Part shown: piece by piece, positions 51,691-60,344 of the stretch
Layout: each line of letters starts with the position of its first letter
How positions within the stretch are numbered: the stretch's first letter is position 1
Source: Actinomycetota bacterium
Lineage (GTDB): Bacteria; Actinomycetota; Actinomycetes; Mycobacteriales; JACQDL01
Direction: 5' to 3'
NCBI GenBank assembly: GCA_016201065.1
Contig: JACQDL010000027.1
Location: forward strand, 68,641-132,640
Length of the DNA: 64,000 nucleotides
Translations under genes and position numbers: made by a program
Notes under the pieces: generated by a model
Told to the model about the DNA's origin: nothing
Database searches by the model: none
The model's input: the letters and a program-made list of their open reading frames with translations, nothing else

Positions 51691-52533
51691 ATGTCCGACG
51701 ACAAGGTGCGCGAAGCTAGCCAGCCGCGTCGGTTCACACTGTTGCGGACCTGGCTGATCGACTGGACGCGAGAGATCAGGAGACGACGCCGCACTGAGAT
51801 CCGGATGCCGAAGCACGACACCTACTCCGAGCTGCGCACATCCCAGATCTCCGCCCCCAGCAGCGACGATCGCTTCACCTTCCAGGTCACGGTGACGTGC
51901 CTCTGGTCCGGCCCCGGCGAAGCCGCCACGGTCGCCGAGGCGATCCGGCTGCACGAGCCCGAACAGCGCAGAGTGCTCACGCAAGACCTGCGGCGCATCT
52001 CCCGCACCATCGAGCCGGACGAGTTCGCCGTGGTGGAACAGCAGTTGAACGAGTCACTTGAGGAGCCGACGCGCTACCACGACGGGCTGCTCGCCTGTCA
52101 CACCTGGGTCGAGGTAGCGCCCGAGGATACGTTGCGCAAGCACCTGCAACAACAGTGGATCACGAAATCCAATACCGACGCCGCCCATGCGTTGAAGAAG
52201 AACGCGGTGGGCCAGCTCGACGAGCTGACCAAGGAATGGGACAAGTTCCTACGTAACGTCAGGGAGGGCTCGATCTCCCCGCGTGCGGTGAAGCTTGCCG
52301 GGAACACGAACCGGGTCGGGGACGTTGCCGAACAGATGCTCAAGGACCAGGAGGAAACTCAGGCGAAGCTCCGAGAGATCTGCGCCAATGCGGTAAGCGC
52401 GCACGAGCGGCTAGACCTGTACGAGTTCGTGACGTCCTACGACTCGGCATTGCGCCAACTACTCGACTACCTGCAACTCGACCGGGCGGCGACCGACGGC
52501 ACCATCCGTCAGGACGCTCACCGCGCGAGGTGA
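51691..52533 (+). CDS. Hypothetical protein (280 aa), no family recognised
   Basis: ATG at 51691 preceded by GGGAGGAG, 2 nt after the upstream stop. Basic N-terminus, then a helical/coiled C-terminal half. Confidence 0.55.
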   Translation: MSDDKVREASQPRRFTLLRTWLIDWTREIRRRRRTEIRMPKHDTYSELRTSQISAPSSDDRFTFQVTVTCLWSGPGEAATVAEAIRLHEPEQRRVLTQDLRRISRTIEPDEFAVVEQQLNESLEEPTRYHDGLLACHTWVEVAPEDTLRKHLQQQWITKSNTDAAHALKKNAVGQLDELTKEWDKFLRNVREGSISPRAVKLAGNTNRVGDVAEQMLKDQEETQAKLREICANAVSAHERLDLYEFVTSYDSALRQLLDYLQLDRAATDGTIRQDAHRAR

Positions 52534-53039
52534 GCGGCGACCTGCCAGACGGCGACCGCCAGCGCGCTGACACCGGTCCACGCGAGTGCGCGGGAGAAGT
52601 GCCGGTACCGGGCCACAGCAATCACTGAGAGTACGTGCACCTGCCGCCATGCCTGTTCCAACAGAGCGCTCGCCGCGTCGTCTCCAAGACTGGCCGGATT
52701 CATCCCTGCGACGGAGGGAAACGCGAAGTGGTTCGGGTCTGGACCGCCACTGAGACGGGGACGCATGGCTGCGCCGAGATGCCGGGCGATTGCGAGCGAC
52801 GAAACGGCAAACGCGGCCAGGGCGACGAGCGCCACCCTGGCCAGCGCGGAGCGGACCGGCCACACGTCCGAGAAGCCCTGTGTCACCACGAAGAGCGCAA
52901 GTGCAACGTCACCGGCGGCAAGCGTCGCGATCTTGGTGTCGACGTTGGTCACCCAACCGGCGAAGGCATCGACGGTCTGCAACGCCACGGCAATCTGTTG
53001 CGCCGGGCTGAGCCTATCCTCAAGATCATCTTCTTGCAT
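52518..53039 (-). CDS. Small multi-pass membrane protein, Pycsar TM-effector-like (DUF5706-like)
   Basis: ATG at 53039 with GGAGAGG 8 nt upstream (alternative GTG 53048). NVDTKIATLAAG..., 3-4 hydrophobic helices, RPRLSGGPDPNHFAF and VLSVIAVARYRHFSRAL match my memory of this family. Confidence 0.5.
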   Translation of the reverse strand: MQEDDLEDRLSPAQQIAVALQTVDAFAGWVTNVDTKIATLAAGDVALALFVVTQGFSDVWPVRSALARVALVALAAFAVSSLAIARHLGAAMRPRLSGGPDPNHFAFPSVAGMNPASLGDDAASALLEQAWRQVHVLSVIAVARYRHFSRALAWTGVSALAVAVWQVAAHLAR

Positions 53040-53479
53040 CAGCGTCACCTCTCCGGTCGGGTTCCTTGGTCCTCGCGCCAGTAAACGAACTCGGGACCTC
53101 CGCGAGAAGGGAGAAATACGGTCTCAACCAGATCGAGCCGACAGCCGCGGCGGGCGACCGCACCTATGTGATGATCGTCAGGCGGGCGGGACAGCCCGAG
53201 CGGCCCCATTCACGATCAGTAGGGGAATCGAAGCCTAAGTCGGAGCTGGGTCGCGGGGTGGCACCGGGCGGTCCGGCGGCTCGCCTCCCCAGGGTGGCAC
53301 CGCTCCTCAGCAACAGACCCAGGGCCCATCACATCCCTGACTGGCCGTAGCACGTCCGTAGGGCGCACTGGCGGGTGGGCGTTGGAGGGCCCATCATCGC
53401 GCGAAGCCTTGGCCCGCGTGGCTGCGGAGATTCACCTGGAGTATTGCCCAGCTCGTCCGCGGTGCACCGGGACGACTTC

Positions 53480-53746
53480 ATGGTCGCCGACCCGGGGCGT
53501 TGGCGTGGCACCCGGCTGCTGGCCCACCTCACCGAACGCCTGACCAGCCTCCACGGATTCGTCGACCTCAGCGTGCACACCCTGTGGCTGCTGATGGCCC
53601 AGCGACACTGGTTGGCGCGCGACGACCCGGGACTGGCCCGTAGCCTCGAAGACCGCGGGGAACGACTCCTCAGCCAGGACGGGATCTCCCCGCAGTCCCG
53701 TCGAGAACTGATCTCGGTCCTGTACAACCTGCGCGCGATGGGATGA
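53480..53746 (+). CDS. Small hypothetical ORF (88 aa) immediately upstream of the HD gene; possible gene remnant
   Basis: High third-position G+C in this frame. The stop is 4 nt before the HD start. No family recognised. Confidence 0.3.
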   Translation: MVADPGRWRGTRLLAHLTERLTSLHGFVDLSVHTLWLLMAQRHWLARDDPGLARSLEDRGERLLSQDGISPQSRRELISVLYNLRAMG

Positions 53747-53750
53747 ACAC

Positions 53751-54362
53751 ATGACGGACCAACAGCCTGACACCGGGCACGAGGCCGAAGAGGTCAGCGA
53801 CGAACGGATCACCGGGGTCGCGTCGTACCTGTTCGAGGTCGGCGTCCTGAAGCACATCAAGCGCACGGGCTGGTGGATCGCCGGCGTCAAGGACCCCGAG
53901 ACGATCGCCGAACACAGCTTCCGCACCAGCATCCTGGCGACCGTCCTGGCCGCGCTGGAGGGCGCCGACCCCGCCCGCGCCGCCCAACTGGCGGTGTTCC
54001 ACGACACCCAGGAGACCCGCGTCGGGGACATCCCCCACGTGGGACGCCGCTACCTGACCGCCGCCGACAACGAAGCCGTCACCATCGACCAGGTCGCAGA
54101 CTGCCCCCCGGTCGTGGCCGGAGTCCTTCGCGACATCGTCGCCACCTACGAGGCCCAGGACACCCCCGAAGCCCTCGTCGCCAAGGACGCCGACAGACTC
54201 GAATGCCTGATCCAGGCACTGGAATACCGGCGCCAAGGATGCGCAGGCGTCCAGGAATGGATCGACTCCTGCCGCACCGGTCTCAAGACCACCTCCGCGC
54301 AACGTATCGCCGACGCCGCCCTGACCCTCACCGGCCTGGAATGGCAACGCACCCACGCCTGA
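53751..54362 (+). CDS. HD-domain phosphohydrolase, YfbR-like 5'-(deoxy)nucleotidase
   Basis: GVLKHIKRTGWW...ETIAEHSF...VFHDTQETRVGDIP...AKDADRLECL gives the H..HD..D metal ligands in YfbR order. Confidence 0.8.
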   Translation: MTDQQPDTGHEAEEVSDERITGVASYLFEVGVLKHIKRTGWWIAGVKDPETIAEHSFRTSILATVLAALEGADPARAAQLAVFHDTQETRVGDIPHVGRRYLTAADNEAVTIDQVADCPPVVAGVLRDIVATYEAQDTPEALVAKDADRLECLIQALEYRRQGCAGVQEWIDSCRTGLKTTSAQRIADAALTLTGLEWQRTHA

Positions 54363-54455
54363 CGAACGCCTCGGATGACAGCCGACAGGTCGCCTCCCTC
54401 CGCGAGGAACCCACAAGCGTGTAGGCGCAGTTCACGGACGAAGGTAAGCGGATGG

Positions 54456-55490
54456 TCAGGCGCTCCTCGGCGGGCTGCTTGGCGGCGATCTCCGCCAAGG
54501 TGTCCCTGCCGGGCTGCCGGGACCGAGCGGTCGGCGTACCGCGTCGACGAGCTCGTCGGCGGCGGTGTAGGGGTCGAGCGTGCCGGCCGCCACCCGGGCG
54601 GCCAGACCCGGCAGCGCCGCAGCGCCGGGCAGCTCCCGCAGCGCCGCCAGGGCGATCGCCTCGACCTCGGCCGCCGCCCGGGCCTGCCGGCGGCGGTCCA
54701 GCTCACCGGAGTCCACCAGCCAGGCGCGGTGCCGGTCGATCTCGGCCGCGAGCTCGTCGATCCCCTCACCCCGGACCGCGACGGTCTTCACGATCGGCGG
54801 GCGCCACCCGCCGGCCTCCGAATGCGCGCCGCCCAGCGCCTGCATCTGGCGCAGGTCCCGCACCGTCTGGTCGGCGCCGTCCCGGTCCGCCTTGTTCACG
54901 CAGAACACGTCCGCCACCTCGAGGATGCCGGCCTTCGCGGCCTGTATCCCATCGCCCATCCCGGGCGCGAGCAGCACCACGGTGGTGTCGGCCAGCGAGG
55001 CGATCTCCACCTCGGCCTGGCCGACCCCGACGGTCTCCACCAGGACCACGTCGACGCCGGCGGCGTCCAGCACCCGCAGCGCCTGCGGGGTGGCCCAGGA
55101 CAGCCCGCCCAGGTGCCCGCGGGAGGCCATCGACCGGATGAAGACTCCCGGATCGGTGGCGTGCTCCTGCATCCGGACCCGGTCGCCCAGCAGCGCACCG
55201 CCGGAGAACGGCGAGGACGGGTCGACGGCGAGCACGCCTACCCGGCGGCCGGCCGCCCGGTAGGCAGCCACCAGCGCCGAGGTCGAGGTCGACGTCCCCA
55301 CCCCGGGCGCGCCGGTCAGCCCGATCACCTGGGCGTGCCCGGTGTGCGGAGCGAGCGCCCGGGCCACCTCGCGGAGCACCGGGCTGGCCTGCTCCACCAG
55401 CGAGATCAGCCGGGCGATCGCGCGGGGGTCGCCGGCACGCGCCCGCTCGATGAGATCGGGAACGTCGGCGACCCGCCGCACCGCAGTCAC
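54456..55490 (-). CDS. meaB: MeaB/ArgK-type G3E GTPase (acyl-CoA mutase chaperone) with non-canonical P-loop
   Basis: AVDPSSPFSGGALLGDRVRM, LVETVGVGQAE and NKADRDG are all present. Walker A reads GAPGVGTST (Thr where Lys is expected). Confidence 0.85.
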   Translation of the reverse strand: MTAVRRVADVPDLIERARAGDPRAIARLISLVEQASPVLREVARALAPHTGHAQVIGLTGAPGVGTSTSTSALVAAYRAAGRRVGVLAVDPSSPFSGGALLGDRVRMQEHATDPGVFIRSMASRGHLGGLSWATPQALRVLDAAGVDVVLVETVGVGQAEVEIASLADTTVVLLAPGMGDGIQAAKAGILEVADVFCVNKADRDGADQTVRDLRQMQALGGAHSEAGGWRPPIVKTVAVRGEGIDELAAEIDRHRAWLVDSGELDRRRQARAAAEVEAIALAALRELPGAAALPGLAARVAAGTLDPYTAADELVDAVRRPLGPGSPAGTPWRRSPPSSPPRSA

Positions 55491-55503
55491 CGGTCGGCTC
55501 GAC

Positions 55504-56682
55504 TCAGACCTTGAGGATGAGCGCGTCGCCCTGACCGCCGCCGCCGCACAGCGAGGCAGCCCCGACCCCGCCGCCGCGCCGCCGCAGCTCCAGCGCCAGG
55601 TGCAGCGCGATCCGCGCCCCGCTCATCCCGATCGGGTGGCCGAGCGCGATCGCCCCACCGTTGACGTTGACCTTCTCCGGCCCCACCCTGAGCTCCTTCA
55701 TCGACTGGATGGCGACCGCCGCGAACGCCTCGTTGATCTCGATCAGGTCCAGGTCGGCAACGGTCAGCCCCTCCTTGGCCAGCGCGTGCGCGATCGCGTT
55801 GGCGGGCTGGGACTGCAAGGAGTTGTCCGGGCCGGCGACGTTGCCGTGCGCGCCGATCTCGGCGAGCACCGGAACACCGAGCTCCTCCGCCCTGGCCCGC
55901 GACATCACGACCACGGCGCAGGCGCCGTCGGAGATCTGCGAGGCCGAGCCGGCGGTGATCGTGCCGTCCTCGGCGAACGCCGGCCGCAGCCGCCCCAACG
56001 ACTCGACCGTGGTGTCCGCCCGGATGCCCTCGTCGGCGTCGACCACGATCGCCTCGCCCTTCCGCTGCGGAACCCGCACCGGGACGATCTCTTGAGCAAA
56101 GATGCCGTTCTTGGCGGCCTCGGCGGCGCGCTGGTGTGACCGCGCGGAGAACTCGTCCTGCTCGGCCCGGCCGAGCCCGAGCCGGGTGTTGTGCCGCTCG
56201 GTGGACTCGCCCATGGCGACGTGCTCGAATGCGTCCGTCAGCCCGTCGTGCGCCATCGCGTCGAGCACCTCGACCGAGCCGTACTTGAACCCGGACCGGG
56301 CACCGGGCAGCAGGTGCGGCGCGTTGGTCATCGACTCCATCCCGCCGGCCACCAGGATGTCGAACTCGCCGGCCCGGATGAGCTGGTCGGCCAGCGCGAT
56401 CGCGTCCAGCCCGGACAGGCACACCTTGTTGATCGTGATCGAGGGCACGGTCATCGGGATGCCGGCCCTGACCGCGGCCTGCCGGGACGGGATCTGGCCG
56501 ACTCCGGCCTGGAGCACCTCCCCCATGATCACGTACTGGACCTGGTCACCGGTGATGCCGGCACGCTGGAGGGCCGCGGCGATCGCAAACCCGCCCAGAT
56601 CCGGGCCGGAGAAGTCCTTCAGCGAACCGAGCAGGCGCCCCATCGGGGTGCGGGCGCCACTGACGATCACGGATCCGGCCAT
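55504..56682 (-). CDS. Acetyl-CoA C-acetyltransferase (thiolase II)
   Basis: ATG at 56682 ([15 protein letters not shown]...). [11 protein letters not shown] active Cys. C-terminal [19 protein letters not shown] and CGGGGQG. Confidence 0.9.
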   Translation of the reverse strand: MAGSVIVSGARTPMGRLLGSLKDFSGPDLGGFAIAAALQRAGITGDQVQYVIMGEVLQAGVGQIPSRQAAVRAGIPMTVPSITINKVCLSGLDAIALADQLIRAGEFDILVAGGMESMTNAPHLLPGARSGFKYGSVEVLDAMAHDGLTDAFEHVAMGESTERHNTRLGLGRAEQDEFSARSHQRAAEAAKNGIFAQEIVPVRVPQRKGEAIVVDADEGIRADTTVESLGRLRPAFAEDGTITAGSASQISDGACAVVVMSRARAEELGVPVLAEIGAHGNVAGPDNSLQSQPANAIAHALAKEGLTVADLDLIEINEAFAAVAIQSMKELRVGPEKVNVNGGAIALGHPIGMSGARIALHLALELRRRGGGVGAASLCGGGGQGDALILKV

Positions 56683-56811
56683 TGTGGGGCCTTTCGACGA
56701 ACGGCAGGCAGGCTGATCTCGCTCACGATACCCATCGGCCGCTGGGTTCGGTGGCGGGCCGGACCGGCCACCGGAGGGGACGCCGTCCGGTCCGCGCGCT
56801 AGCGTCGTGGC

Positions 56812-57231
56812 ATGTTCACCGCGATCGATCACGTCGGCATCGCCGTCCCGGACCTGGACGCGGCCAAGCAGCTGTACACCGGCACGTTCGGCATGCGGGT
56901 GGTGCACGAGGAGGTCAACGAGGAGCAGGGCGTCCGCGAGGCCATGGTCGCCGTGGACGGCGTGGGCGGCGCGTGCATCCAGCTCCTCGCCCCGCTGTCG
57001 CCGCAGTCCACGATCGCGAAGTTCCTCGACGCGCGCGGTCCCGGGATCCAGCAGATCGCCTACCGGGTGAGCGACATCGACGCCGCCTGCGCCCAGCTCC
57101 GCGAGCGCGGCCTGCGCCTGCTGTACGACGAGCCCCGCGCCGGCACCGCGGGGTCGCGGGTGAACTTCGTGCACCCCAAGGACGTCGGCGGCGTGCTGGT
57201 GGAGCTGGTCGAACCGGCCGCCGGCCGGTAG
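56812..57231 (+). CDS. mce: Methylmalonyl-CoA epimerase (VOC/glyoxalase fold)
   Basis: [18 protein letters not shown]...[12 protein letters not shown]...[18 protein letters not shown]. Confidence 0.85.
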   Translation: MFTAIDHVGIAVPDLDAAKQLYTGTFGMRVVHEEVNEEQGVREAMVAVDGVGGACIQLLAPLSPQSTIAKFLDARGPGIQQIAYRVSDIDAACAQLRERGLRLLYDEPRAGTAGSRVNFVHPKDVGGVLVELVEPAAGR

Positions 57232-57415
57232 CACCGGCGCGGGTGGCGGCCGCCCGAACTCCCTTTGATCACAATCCCGCCACGGACCGCCAAAGGTGCT
57301 GGCGCCGGGTGCCCTGACGAGAGACAGTCCTGCCAGGGCCGGGCCGTCGGCGCGGCCCGGGCGCCGCCGTACCGGTCTGGCGCCGCCGCACCGCGCCGCC
57401 GTGGGGGACCAGGAC

Positions 57416-58411
57416 ATGACCGTGCCGTTGGACCTCCCCGACTCGGCCCGCCGGGCCAAGCCGGAGGCGGGCCTGGCCGGCATGGGCGGGACGATCCAGG
57501 GACGGTCCCTCGGGCAGATCGCGTGGCTCCGGCTGAGACGGGACCGGGTCGCGCTGGCCGGCGGCCTGGTCATCCTCGTTCTGGTGCTGGTGGCGATCTT
57601 CGCCCCGCTCGTCGTCAGGCTGCTCGGGCACCCGCCGACGGAGTTTCACGAGGACCTGATCGACCCGTCGTTGCAGGTCGCGAGGGGCCCGCGGGGCGGG
57701 ATCAGCTGGGACTTCCTGTTCGGCCTGGAACCGGTGAACGGCCGGGACCTGTTCAGCCGGGTCGTCTACGGCGCCCGGATCTCGCTGCTGATCGCCTTCC
57801 TGGCCACCCTGCTCTCGATGGCGATCGGTACCACGATGGGCATCGTCGCCGGCTACTTCGGCGGCTGGATCGACACGGTGATCAGCCGCCTGATGGATCT
57901 CTTCCTCGCGTTCCCGCTGCTGCTGTTCGCGATCGCGCTGGTCGGGGTCATCCCGGACCACGGGTTCGGGCTCAGCGGCAACACACTGCGGGTCGCCATG
58001 CTCGTGGTGATCATCGGCTTCTTCGGCTGGCCCTACATCGGCCGGATCATCCGCGGCCAGACGCTGTCGCTGCGCGAACGGGAGTTCGTCGACGCCGCCC
58101 GCAGCCTCGGCGCCCGGTCGCCGTACATCATCGTCCGCGAGCTGCTGCCGAACCTGGTCGCACCCATCCTCGTGTACACCACGTTGCTGATCCCGACGAA
58201 CGTCCTGTTCGAGGCGGCCCTGTCCTTCCTCGGCGTCGGGGTCCAGCCACCGACGCCGACCTGGGGCGGCATGCTCTCCGAGGCCTCGCGGCTGTACACC
58301 ATCGCGCCGAACTTCATGATCTTCCCGGGCTTGGCGATCTTCGTGACGGTGCTCGCGTTCAACCTGCTCGGGGATGGGCTGCGCGACGCGCTCGACCCGC
58401 GCGCGCGATGA
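57416..58411 (+). CDS. Peptide/nickel ABC importer permease (DppC/OppC-like)
   Basis: ATG at 57416. EAA-type loop [27 protein letters not shown]. Confidence 0.85.
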   Translation: MTVPLDLPDSARRAKPEAGLAGMGGTIQGRSLGQIAWLRLRRDRVALAGGLVILVLVLVAIFAPLVVRLLGHPPTEFHEDLIDPSLQVARGPRGGISWDFLFGLEPVNGRDLFSRVVYGARISLLIAFLATLLSMAIGTTMGIVAGYFGGWIDTVISRLMDLFLAFPLLLFAIALVGVIPDHGFGLSGNTLRVAMLVVIIGFFGWPYIGRIIRGQTLSLREREFVDAARSLGARSPYIIVRELLPNLVAPILVYTTLLIPTNVLFEAALSFLGVGVQPPTPTWGGMLSEASRLYTIAPNFMIFPGLAIFVTVLAFNLLGDGLRDALDPRAR

Positions 58412-58463
58412 GCACGATGGCCAGTTTGCCACCAGTACGTCTATGAATAGGGGTGAACCAGCA

Positions 58464-60233
58464 GTGAAGACAAGACCTGCGGTCACGGCGACCGCCACCG
58501 GCGCCGCGCTCGCGATCCTCCTCGCCGCCTGCGGCGGGGGTACCAGCACCAGCGGGAACGGGGGTGGTACTGCCACGGCCGGCGTGGCGGCGTTCAACGC
58601 GGGTGTCGGCTCGGTGTTCAACCCGTCCGACGCGAAGGGTGGCACCCTTCGGCTGGCCCACTCCGGTGACTTCGACTCCCTCGACCCGGCGGACACCTAC
58701 TACGCCTACTCCTGGAACTTCATCCGCCTCTACGGGCGGTCGCTGGTGATGTTCGCCCCGGCCCCCGGGGCGAAGGGCAGCACGCTCGTCCCGGACCTGG
58801 CGGCCACGCTGGGGGTACCCAGTGACAACGCGAAGACCTGGACCTACCACCTGCGGCCGGGGGTGAAGTTCGAGGACGGCACGCTCATCACCGCCAAGGA
58901 CGTGAAGTACGCCGTCGAGCGGTCGCTGGACAAGACCGTCTTCCCGGACGGCCCGACGTACTTCAACGACTTCCTCGACCTGCAGGGCTACACCAGCCCG
59001 TACAAGGACGCGGACCCGAACAAGCTCGGGCTGAAGGCGATCGAGACGCCCGACGACGCCACGATCGTCTTCCACCTGCTCAAGCCGTTCAGCGGGTTCG
59101 ACTACTTCGCCCAGCTCCCGGCCACCATCCCGGTGCCGGCCGCGAAGGACACCGGGGCCAACTACAAGCAGCACGTGGTCTCCAGCGGCCCGTACAAGTT
59201 CGACACCAACAGCATCGGCAAGAGCTTCACGCTGGTGCGCAACGACAGCTGGGACGTCGGGACCGACCCCAACCGGAAGGCGCTGCCGGACCGGATCGAG
59301 GTCACCCTCAACGTCAACGCCGATGACATCGACAACCGGTTGCTGTCCGGAGACGTCGACGTCGCGATCGAGGGCACCGGCCTGCAGCCGGCCGCGCAGG
59401 GGCGGGTGCTGGGCGACCCGAGCCTGAAGAAGAACGCCGACTCGGCCGCCATCGCCCGGCTGTGGTACACCTCGATCAACCCGGACGTCGCGCCGCTGGA
59501 CAACATCCACTGCCGCAAGGCGGTCGAGTACGCCAACGACAAGGTGTCCTACCAGAACGCCTACGGTGGGCCGGCGGGCGGCGACATCGCCACGAACATG
59601 ATGCCCCCCATGATCCCCGGAGCGCAGAAGTTCGACGTCTACCCGGGCGGTGCCGACAACCACGGTGACGTCCCGAAGGCCAAGGACGAGCTGAAGCAGT
59701 GCGGCCAGCCCAACGGATTCTCGACGACCATGTCCTACCGGGCCGAGCGGCCCCGGGAGAAGGCCGTCGCCGAGGGGATGCAGCAGGCGCTGGCGCGGGT
59801 CGGCATCAAGCTCACGCTCAAGGGCTTCCCGCAGAGCGACTACTTCAAGCTGTACGCCGGCAAGCCGGCCTACGCCAAGGCCAACAACCTCGGGCTGATG
59901 ACCAACGGCTGGGGTGCGGACTGGCCGGACGGCTTCGGCTTCCTGCAGCAGATCGTCGACAGCAGGGTGATCCGTGCCACGGGCGGCAACACCAACCTGT
60001 CGGTCAAGGTCCCGGACGTGGACAAGCTGCTCGACCAGGCGCTGCTCACCACCGACCTGGTGGCCCGCGAGCAGATCTGGTCGCAGATCGACCGGACCGT
60101 GATGGACAACGCGGTCGTCCTGCCCGGTGTCTGGGCGAAGACGCTGGTCTACCGGCCGTCGAACCTGACGAACGTCTTCGTCAACGACGGCTTCGGCATG
60201 TATGACTACCTCGCCCTGGGCGTGAAGAAGTAG
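58464..60233 (+). CDS. ABC importer substrate-binding lipoprotein (family 5, peptide-binding)
   Basis: GTG at 58464 gives VKTRPAV...LAILLAACGGG (lipobox). Family 5 SBP-like body. ATG 58443 is an alternative start. Confidence 0.85.
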   Translation: MKTRPAVTATATGAALAILLAACGGGTSTSGNGGGTATAGVAAFNAGVGSVFNPSDAKGGTLRLAHSGDFDSLDPADTYYAYSWNFIRLYGRSLVMFAPAPGAKGSTLVPDLAATLGVPSDNAKTWTYHLRPGVKFEDGTLITAKDVKYAVERSLDKTVFPDGPTYFNDFLDLQGYTSPYKDADPNKLGLKAIETPDDATIVFHLLKPFSGFDYFAQLPATIPVPAAKDTGANYKQHVVSSGPYKFDTNSIGKSFTLVRNDSWDVGTDPNRKALPDRIEVTLNVNADDIDNRLLSGDVDVAIEGTGLQPAAQGRVLGDPSLKKNADSAAIARLWYTSINPDVAPLDNIHCRKAVEYANDKVSYQNAYGGPAGGDIATNMMPPMIPGAQKFDVYPGGADNHGDVPKAKDELKQCGQPNGFSTTMSYRAERPREKAVAEGMQQALARVGIKLTLKGFPQSDYFKLYAGKPAYAKANNLGLMTNGWGADWPDGFGFLQQIVDSRVIRATGGNTNLSVKVPDVDKLLDQALLTTDLVAREQIWSQIDRTVMDNAVVLPGVWAKTLVYRPSNLTNVFVNDGFGMYDYLALGVKK

Positions 60234-60344
60234 TCATGGCGCCTGGGGTGCCTCCCGGCACCCCAGGCACACCACACATCGAGGGCAGGTGATGGCGACC
60301 GGTGGCCGGCGGGGAGTCTGCGCCGGCCACCGCAGCCGGGCAGC

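Noticed and set aside
53256-53302. 11-bp direct repeat GGGTGGCACCG twice, 25 bp apart, in the non-coding stretch between the membrane-protein gene and the HD gene (att-like?)
   Set aside because: It is short and GC-rich, with no integrase or second copy at an island edge, so a chance match is plausible. It might still be a regulator binding pair, but I cannot support that.
53066-53727. ORFs 53066..53350 (+) and 53329..53727 (-) in the island's non-coding gap
   Set aside because: The translations are compositionally noisy, with no RBS and no motifs. The minus-strand ORF is antisense to the better-looking small ORF 53480..53746.
57312-57338. CCCTG-ACGAG...-CAGGG hairpin with a CUGA(C)GAG-like string in the leader of the peptide ABC operon (hammerhead or riboswitch?)
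   Set aside because: The string differs from the hammerhead CUGAUGA core, and there is no GAAA or cleavage-site context. I cannot match it to any riboswitch consensus. It is probably just GC-rich leader structure.
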